From the NCBI GenBank assembly GCA_951406725.2, contig OX597818.1:110298001-110362000 (forward strand): 64,000 nucleotides of DNA, written 5' to 3'. Of this stretch, positions 56,080 to 64,000 are shown one piece after another. The DNA comes from Octopus vulgaris. Lineage: Eukaryota. The notes under the pieces are model-generated. The model was not told where the DNA came from. It did no database searches and saw nothing but the letters and a program-made list of their open reading frames with translations. How positions within the stretch are numbered: the stretch's first letter is position 1; every line of letters begins with the position of its first letter. A program made the position numbers and the translations under genes.

Positions 56080-56425
56080 TTAGACACAGGAGTCCAGGTT
56101 AGACAGAAGAGTCCAGGTTAGACACAGGAGTCCACAGGTTAGACACAGGAGTCCAGGTTAGACACAGGAGTCCACAGGCTAGACACAGGAGTCCAGGTTA
56201 GACACGGGATCCCATGTTAGACACAGGAGTCCAGGTTAGACACAGGAGTCCAGGTTAGACACAGGAGTCCAGGTTAGACACGAGATCCCATGTTAGACAC
56301 AGGAGTCCAGGTTAGAAACAGGATTCCAGGTTAGACACAGGAGTCCAGGTTAGACACAGGTGTCCAGGTTAGACACAGGAGTTCAGGTTAAACACAGGTA
56401 TCCAGGTTAGACACAGGTGCATAGG
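56080..56425. repeat. 19-bp minisatellite (TTAGACACAGGAGTCCAGG) x ~18
   Basis: Head-to-tail copies with recurrent 21-bp and GATCCCATG variants. Confidence 0.95.
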
Positions 56426-58291
56426 TTTGTGAGGCTTAAGTAATTGCTATGAATTGGAAATGTATTACCAGTGAAAGAAGGGGTGTTTTCATAGCATATA
56501 ATTTGTTATTCACTTAGGTCGTTTTATTTATCAAAATGCTGAGATATCCATTGCAAAAGCTTTCCCACGTTGATCCGCGTGTTTATCATTCACTTCCGTA
56601 ATTGGGAATTAGAATGAAGTGGAATTCCTTCTGAAGAAGAGTTTCGACAGGTGAGTGATATTTCTTAGGAATAATCTAGAAAATTACAGCAAATCTTTGT
56701 TATACACGAAAGATATGTGACATTGATTTGACAGAGATGAAAGTAGTAAGGGAAATAGCAGTGAATGGAGGTTAAAGGTTTATGAAGATGTCTCTTGTTG
56801 CAGTAAATTTCGCAGAAAGGAAGAATCTGAATTTGGAACGTGGATAGGCCTCAAGTGAATATTATTTCCGTTGTAATCTGAACACCACAAAGTGTTGCGG
56901 TAAAGGAAACAGCTCTGGCAGACAGTGATGGGTTGCGGTAACAATACATTGGGAATATTACACGGGTCAAATGCTACACTGCTTTCGTCCGCAGCTGAAG
57001 CAGAGAGAGAAACGTGTTGGTTCACGAAGTCATAATCGATCAGTAGTTATACAGCAGTGGAATAAATTCTTGATTAAAGCAGACGCATTTAGTACTTTAA
57101 TACGCAGCATAAAAACTGCTTCAAAATATAGAAAATGACATTTGCAGGTGTTCGCAGAGTGTTTACACTTAAATGCACGGCTCTAATGTCAGAGACTTAA
57201 AAACAATGGCACTGCTATATCGTTCCCAGAAGCTGTATTACTTCCATTTCACATATTACTACATTTAGTAGCTTGCATTATGTTCAAATGTCGCTTTCCT
57301 TTCAATATGCCTCTTTTTGCTAGATGATGATGATGATGATAATGACGATGATGGTGGTGGTGGTGGTGGTGGCAGCGGTGGTGGTGGTGGTGGTGGTGGT
57401 GGTGGTGGCGATGATGTTATCGCTGAAGACATTGATGCCGTTGTCTTTTGTGTGTGTGTTTTTTTTTTAGCTCTTAGGGAAGAATCTTCTAAATATTGAA
57501 AAGTCTTTATCAATTTACTTGTAAGACTGTTTTGCCATTTTTCGAAGATATACAACATGGAAAATAATCTTTTTGGTGTATTTTATATTTCGCATTCTTG
57601 TTTATTGAATAATAAATAGTATTTTGTTTTCATATGAATAAGAGGTGAAGCATATAAAAATTACATCGGCAGCTTACACTTCAAATATAGACACTTTTTT
57701 AATCTTTGCATAAATCAACGCATAAATTCGGATGGATGTATTTTAATGTAAGAATATGAAAAGAGTAGGCTAGGAGAAAAAAAGTTTCCATGATTTCGTT
57801 TTTCAATTATTACAGTAACACATTGAATATTTTATGAAAACGAGGATTTTTTCTGTCTGTTTTCGTTTTTCATATAAAGTATTTGATTACTAAAGGAATG
57901 TTTTAAATGGTCGACAAAATATGCCTTTCAGAAATTTCATGGATCACGTGTTGTAATGACTAGTTTTGTGAGAAATGGTAAAACATCTAAATGGGATCTA
58001 ACAAGACATTAAATGGAGTTGAACATGAGGTTGCTATTACAAGAATAAACTCGAAAGACAACAACAAATAATATAGAGAAATGTTGTAACTGCTGAAGTT
58101 ATTGAATGAGACCCAATAAAGCTTCAAAATTTGCTGCGATATTTGAGTCTTTCTGCTTGTTTAACACTGGCGATGATATTGGAATTAGCTACGACAATAT
58201 CCCCATTTACTAGTCATTCTCAACTGGTTTTTGCTTGTGGACCTCATAGCTATTCGATCATTACTTTTTAAATCCTACAATATCTCCTTAA

Positions 58292-58514
58292 ATACACAAA
58301 AACCGTTAGATTCACTTCAACATTTAAATTTAATTTGCCAAAATAGTTTCGTCGCTTTGAGACTGCGACTTGTTCACTGACAAAAATTCCGTGTGCAATA
58401 CACTTAGATTGCAGCACAGAATTTTGTCAGTGAACAGGTCGTGGTCCCAAAGCGACAAAACTATTTTGGCAAATTAAATTTAAATGTTGAAGTGAATCTA
58501 ACGGTTTTTTGTAT
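58292..58514. mobile_element. Palindromic element (~105-bp arms) with a variant hammerhead motif in each arm
   Basis: aaaaaccgttagattcacttcaacatttaaatttaatttgccaaaatagttt.. mirrored by ..aaactattttggcaaattaaatttaaatgttgaagtgaatctaacggttttt. Confidence 0.85.
58334..58384 (-). ncRNA. Hammerhead ribozyme motif, G3-C8 core variant
   Basis: TTTGTCA-GTGAACA-A-GTCGC-agtctcaaa-GCGAC-GAAA-CTAT-TT-TGGCAAA. Confidence 0.6.
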
Positions 58515-59188
58515 GTTTTTAAATGACTTATAAACACCTTCCACGATGCAATTGTTTCCGTTCCAGCACACGATCTCAGATCGGGTCCCTTGCTATGCAA
58601 GTACATCTCCGTAATTAAACATAAATTGAAATTATATTTTTTTTAAATTGTTCAAATATCTTGTACATTGTAGAAGCTATGCCAATTTATTAAACTCATT
58701 TTAACAACAAAATTTTCAATATGACCCCGAGGATCGTATAGATCCTGGTTCATATCACTGCTATATATTGTTATGTCTACTTATACATTCGACCATAATG
58801 TCTCCTAAAATCCTAGTTAGACATTATTGCTGTTTCTCACAAAGCTACACTTTTCAACACATTACCCAGGAAATGTTTAAATGCTTATTTTTCTCGAGCT
58901 TTTAAATAAATTCCTTTGCAATTCAAATACTTTTATATGAAAAAAAGAAAATTAAAAAAGAACTTCGATTTCATAAAATATTCAATATGTTATCGCAATA
59001 ATTGAAAAAGAAAAGAATTACAAAAGATATTTTTCCAAAATATTCTTTTCATTTTCTACCATTAAAATACATCCATTTGATTTACGCGTTGATTTATCTA
59101 AAAATTAAAAGCGAGAATAAATTTGAAGTGTAACCGAAATGATTCACTGAAACTGTAATTTGACGGCTGCTACTTTTGTAAATTGAAT

Positions 59189-59423
59189 GCGCGTGGCTTA
59201 GCGGTTTAGGGTATTCGGCTCACCATCGTAGAGTTGCGAGGTCGATTCACGCCAGTGCAGTTTGTCTGTTGTGTGTGTGTTTGTATCCAACAACGCTTGA
59301 CAACCGATGTTGGTGATTTTACGTCCCCGTAGAAAGAGATCGATAGAATAAGTACCATACTTTATCCTAGGCGATGCTCCAGTATGGCAACGCTCCAATG
59401 GCTGAAACAAGTAAAAGATAAAG
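59189..59423 (+). mobile_element. Diverged SINE (tRNA head plus family A tail)
   Basis: gcgtggcttagcggtt..gaggtcgattc; cgcttgacaaccgatg..gctgaaacaagtaaaagataaag. Confidence 0.65.
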
Positions 59424-59524
59424 ATGTATACATACGTACGTAAATATTTTTTTTTATCTAGTTTCAGCTCACAAGCTGTGGCCATGCTGGGGCACCACCA
59501 TATACGTGTGTGTTTATCTATCTA

Positions 59525-59620
<96 letters not shown>

Positions 59621-60364
59621 GATATATATATATATATGTATATTTGTATGTATGCATGTATGTATGTATGAATGCATGTGTGTGAGTACACACACACACA
59701 CACACACACACAATAAACTTCTCTTCGTTTCCATTTCACCAAATTTCACTGGCAATCTATTGGCAGACATGATGCAGTAATAGAGGCGCATGGGACTGAA
59801 CAAAAAGCATCTGAATGCGTTTGCATATTCGATTTTGCTTTTGCTTGAATTTGTCTTATTTCTTTATTCGTAGCAGCATCGGGACGCTTCTCGTAGGTTA
59901 TTGATAACCTGACAGACGCGATGGTAAAATAGTTACTTCTATCTGTCACAAGTTATCACGAAAGAAACCACTCAAAATTTATAACAACTACAAAGTTACA
60001 ACAATCACTTAATACCAATAATGCGTGTACAGAGACCTCTATAAGTATCCGTGTGTGTGGTTCTTTGTATGTTAGAGTGTGTTACATATGTAAATATGCA
60101 CTTATCTATGTATAGAGTTCTCTTCTGGTTTTAATTGTTTAAATGCTTTTCTCTGGTTTCTATCCATAATACGAAGCTCCATTGTTGGAATGCAGATAAC
60201 GAAAGCAATGTGCCATTTTAAATTTGAGAAAAGGCTTGCATAACTTTACTGTTCCGCTTACTGGTTATATTTGTAATGAGCGAATCAGTTGGTTGATTTC
60301 GTTTTCTGAAAATCTTATTTTATCCACATTATTACTGTTTGTATGTGTGTATGTATGTATGCAT

Positions 60365-60730
60365 ATCGATAAATTAAGTACCAGTTGCGTACTGGGTTCG
60401 ATCTAATCGACTGGTTCCCTTCCCAAAAATTTCGGGCCTTTTGCCTCGAGTAGAAAAGATTATCATCATCATCATCATCATCATAATCGTCATCATAATC
60501 GCCATCATCATCATCATCATCATCATTAAGACGGGGAGCTGGCAGAATCGTTAGCACGCCGGACGAAATACTTAGGAGTATGTCGGCCGTCGCTACGTTC
60601 TGAGTACAAATTTTGTCAAGATCGAATTTTGCCTTTCTTTCTTTCAATAAAATAAATACCAGCTGAGCACTGAGGTCGATGTAATCGACTCATCCTCACC
60701 CCAAGCTGCTCTTGTGACAAAATTTTGACA
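60365..60730 (+). mobile_element. Two SINE family D copies separated by (ATC)n
   Basis: tcgataaattaagtaccag.. at 60366; gagctggcagaatcgttagcacgccgg at ~60536. Confidence 0.7.
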
Positions 60731-60767
60731 TAATTATTATTACGACTGAGTGTTGAATATGTGTGTA

Positions 60768-60808
<41 letters not shown>

Positions 60809-61183
60809 ACGTGTAAGGGTATGGGGTGTGTGCATATTGAGATCCCCTCTTGTTTCAGCCATCTCCTCCCGCAGCCGTCCCTTGCGCCGCTTACTGATCT
60901 TCTTCACACTCAGGTCGCACCCTACACCGGTGGTAGTCCGTCATAGAAGGTTGTGAACTGTTATGAATTGTTTTCACCACTTTTACAACACGAACAACAC
61001 AAGAGCAGCACCAGCAGTAGCAGTGTGCGACAGAAACTTGCCAACAATTATATTGCAGCACACCAACGAATATTTTCATTTTCCTAAACCACCACAAGCA
61101 CCATTACTGCTAATATTACTACTACTACTACCACTACTACTAATATTATTAATCATAATAATAACAACAACAACAACAGCAAC

Positions 61184-61261
<78 letters not shown>

Positions 61262-61268
<7 letters not shown>

Positions 61269-61607
61269 GTGGGGGAGCATCATAGCCATGTGTTGAGAGG
61301 GATTCTTTGGTGTTTGAATAATTCACCTCTGGAAACATGGGTGGTTAGTTCAACATCCTTAAACAATCGTTATTCAGGGACCTTTTGAGCGGGATGGGTT
61401 ACTCGACCAGAAGAAAATTCTAACTGGGGCCCCACCTGCAAGGTCATCTGCTGTTTATCTTGATATGAGATCACCATTTCACGCACATATGGTTGTGATG
61501 CATGTGTCTGGTGTACCCTTATCAGACGGGTAGTCATGATGGGTATACTGGGCTTCGTATATTTTACCCCAGTGTCACTTTGATGACATGCGCTGCTCTC
61601 TCACTCA
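61262..61607 (+). mobile_element. Non-coding insert embedded in (TAA)n; probable 3' UTR of a TAA-targeting retroelement
   Basis: Unique ~345-bp block with (TAA)n on both sides. Confidence 0.45.
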
Positions 61608-61644
61608 ATAATGATAATAATAATAATAATAATAATGATAATCA

Positions 61645-61860
61645 TTTCTACTATAGACACAAGGGATGTAATTTGGGGGTGGAGGGGACTAGTCGATTTT
61701 ATCGACCGACCCCCGTATTTCACTGCTACTTAATTTATCGACCCCGAAAGTATGAAAGTCAAAGTCGCCCCCGGCGGAATTTGAACTCAGAAAGTAGCGA
61801 TGGCCGAAATACCGTTAAACATTTCGTCCAGCGCGCTAACGATTCTGCCAGATCTGCCTT
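61645..61860 (-). mobile_element. SINE family D
   Basis: tttatcgaccccgaaag..ggaatttgaactcag..gctaacgattctgccag. Confidence 0.75.
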
Positions 61861-62046
61861 GATGATGATGTTGATGATGATAATAATAATAACAATAACA
61901 ATAATAATAATCACACCTCTACCACAGCAACGGTATGAAGAATGGAAAACGGTAGCGTTACCACAGCCTCCACCACACTCATTGCTATAAGCGATAGCAT
62001 TAACATCGAACGCATCACGTCTCCCACCACCACCACCACCATCACA

Positions 62047-62077
<31 letters not shown>

Positions 62078-62470
62078 TCTTATGTAGCACCACTGTCGCC
62101 ACTACCATGTTGGACCAGAATAATTCTCATTTGCCAACACCAACGCTATCTTCGACACTACCATCGCCAATACCAATACCCAGAAGAGAATTGTTGAAGC
62201 CATCATCACTATCAGTGCTGCCTCTTTCAATACCACCACCATGCCACCTATCACCACAACCACCAACAGCAACAACAACAACAACAACAATATTAACAAC
62301 AGCAACCACAGAATTAATGAAACCACCACCCCATCGTCAACACCAACATCATCAACAACATGATCACCCGCTTCAGAGTGACTGAAATTATTACTACCAT
62401 CATTACACCACCAACAACAAACCCCACCACCACCACCACCACCACCAATACCATCAACAACAAAACAACT
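61861..62470. repeat. Degenerate (CCA/CAA/CAT)n low-complexity tract
   Basis: Direct reading. Confidence 0.7.
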
Positions 62471-63173
62471 GTTACATTTGCAACAAATCAACTGTGTAGC
62501 TTCATCTAACATAAGATACACCAAAAACAATAGACATATTGAAAAATCAATGTTTACCAAGATCTGAGAGGAAGCTAGCGTTGTGGTTTGATGTAGCCAT
62601 TTCCACGGGGAACAATACCAGTTCTATTACAGACTTGACAATGGCTTTTTTTTTTTTTGCCTTGATCTGGCATCAAGAAATATTGGTTTGTGGCTCCTTC
62701 AGTTATAGCCACATCAAGTTCTGTTGCTATAGACATACGGCATAATGGATGTTGAATGTGGGAATTTGTACGTGTGTACGTGTTTGTATGGATGGACGGA
62801 CGGATGGACGGAAGGATGGATGGATGGATGGATATTCAAACAGAATGGATACATGTGTGTGTGTGTACGTGCACATTTCAATAAACAAATATGTGTGCGT
62901 GTGCATATTGGTTTGAACGTATGGTTGTGTGCGCATGTGCGTACGTACGTAGATATGTATAAATACAGCTACGTATGATGCATATATATAAATATATTTA
63001 TATATATGTTTGTATATATATATATATATATATATATACGCATACATGCGTTTGTATATGATATCTATATGTATGTGAGTGTGGGTGCGTGCATGCTTGT
63101 TTGAACGTATGGTTGAGGATGTATGTGCGTACATATGTAGATATGCATAAATACGGGTAAATATGCATAGATT

Positions 63174-63219
<46 letters not shown>

Positions 63220-63926
63220 AGTGTGTGTATGTATATATATATATGCATATGTATATACATATAAATACATATATATATATGCGTGTGTATATGATATCTA
63301 TATGTATGTGAGTGTGGGTGTGTGCGTGTGCATGTGTGTGTGTGCGTGTATTTGTGTGCATGCACGTGTGTGTGTATGTGTGTGTGTGTGTGTGTGTTTC
63401 GCTTCCATACATTGAGCACCTGCAACCTGCTACCCTGTTTGTTATCTTGTTTAAACACATGCTCCATACGATAAGCATTATTTAATATCATCACGTAAGG
63501 AATGTTCCTTTTCATATAACCCACAGCTCAGCTGATTCGCGCAACTTCTTTCTACGTCACCGCTGCATATCCGTTCGTCTATGTGCGTGTACGCATGAGG
63601 TGTGTGTGTAGATTCATTTTCCTATTCTGTTAAATGCATGGGTGCATGTGCGTATGATATACCACAAGGCATTACGATCTAAATCTACTCCTGATTGATA
63701 AACCCTCCCACCTAAAAAAAATCACACACACACACATCTTTCATATTGTTTGACTTTTCTATTGCTACTACAATGGTCTCAGTTTCTTAAAACTAGTCAA
63801 CTATACACTTTTGTGTGTGTGTGTGTGTGTTTGTGTGTATGCATGTATGTATGTATATATATATGTATATATATACATACATATGTATATATATATATAT
63901 ATATATGTATGTATATATGTATGTAT

Positions 63927-64000
63927 GTTTGTCCCCCAACATCGCATGACAATCGATGCTAGTGTGTTTACATCCCCGTAGCTTAGCGGTTCGGCAAAAG
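63927..64000 (+). mobile_element. SINE family A 3' half, runs off the window
   Basis: tttgtcccccaacatcgcatgacaatcgatgct..cttagcggttcggcaaaag. Confidence 0.8.

Noticed and set aside
56080-56425. CRISPR-like repeat array
   Set aside because: Units are contiguous with no unique spacers, there are no cas genes, and the context is eukaryotic
61942-62385. 147-aa Thr/Pro-rich mucin-like ORF
   Set aside because: Built from degenerate CCA/CAA/CAT repeats; no splice or homology support
62880-63320. Degenerate ~200-bp duplication within TG/TA-rich DNA
   Set aside because: Explained by ordinary slippage or duplication in a compound microsatellite

Overview
AT-rich, extremely microsatellite-dense eukaryotic DNA (TA, CA, GATA, TAA, TATG runs). 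It is packed with tRNA-headed SINEs, decayed LINEs (CR1/L2-like, RTE-like, L1/Tx1-like, R4/Dong-like), two mariner relics, Helitron-type non-autonomous elements and several fold-back elements. The repeat repertoire looks like an octopus (coleoid cephalopod) intron or intergenic region; this is an inference. No intact protein-coding gene is evident, and almost all ORF-track entries are microsatellite translations. The most notable signal is a set of hammerhead-ribozyme (HHR) motifs of the minimal, Penelope-associated type. (i) A three-copy tRNA-headed SINE-like family carries an HHR downstream of its Pol III head; one copy has a 13-bp TSD and a palindromic, Penelope-like inverted 5' end. (ii) A near-canonical type I HHR with a GUC site lies at 54.9 kb. 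(iii) A palindromic element at 58.3-58.5 kb has the core GUGAACA, a natural C3G/G8C compensatory swap of the catalytic tertiary pair. All alignments and structures were read by eye; most coordinates are approximate to a few bases.
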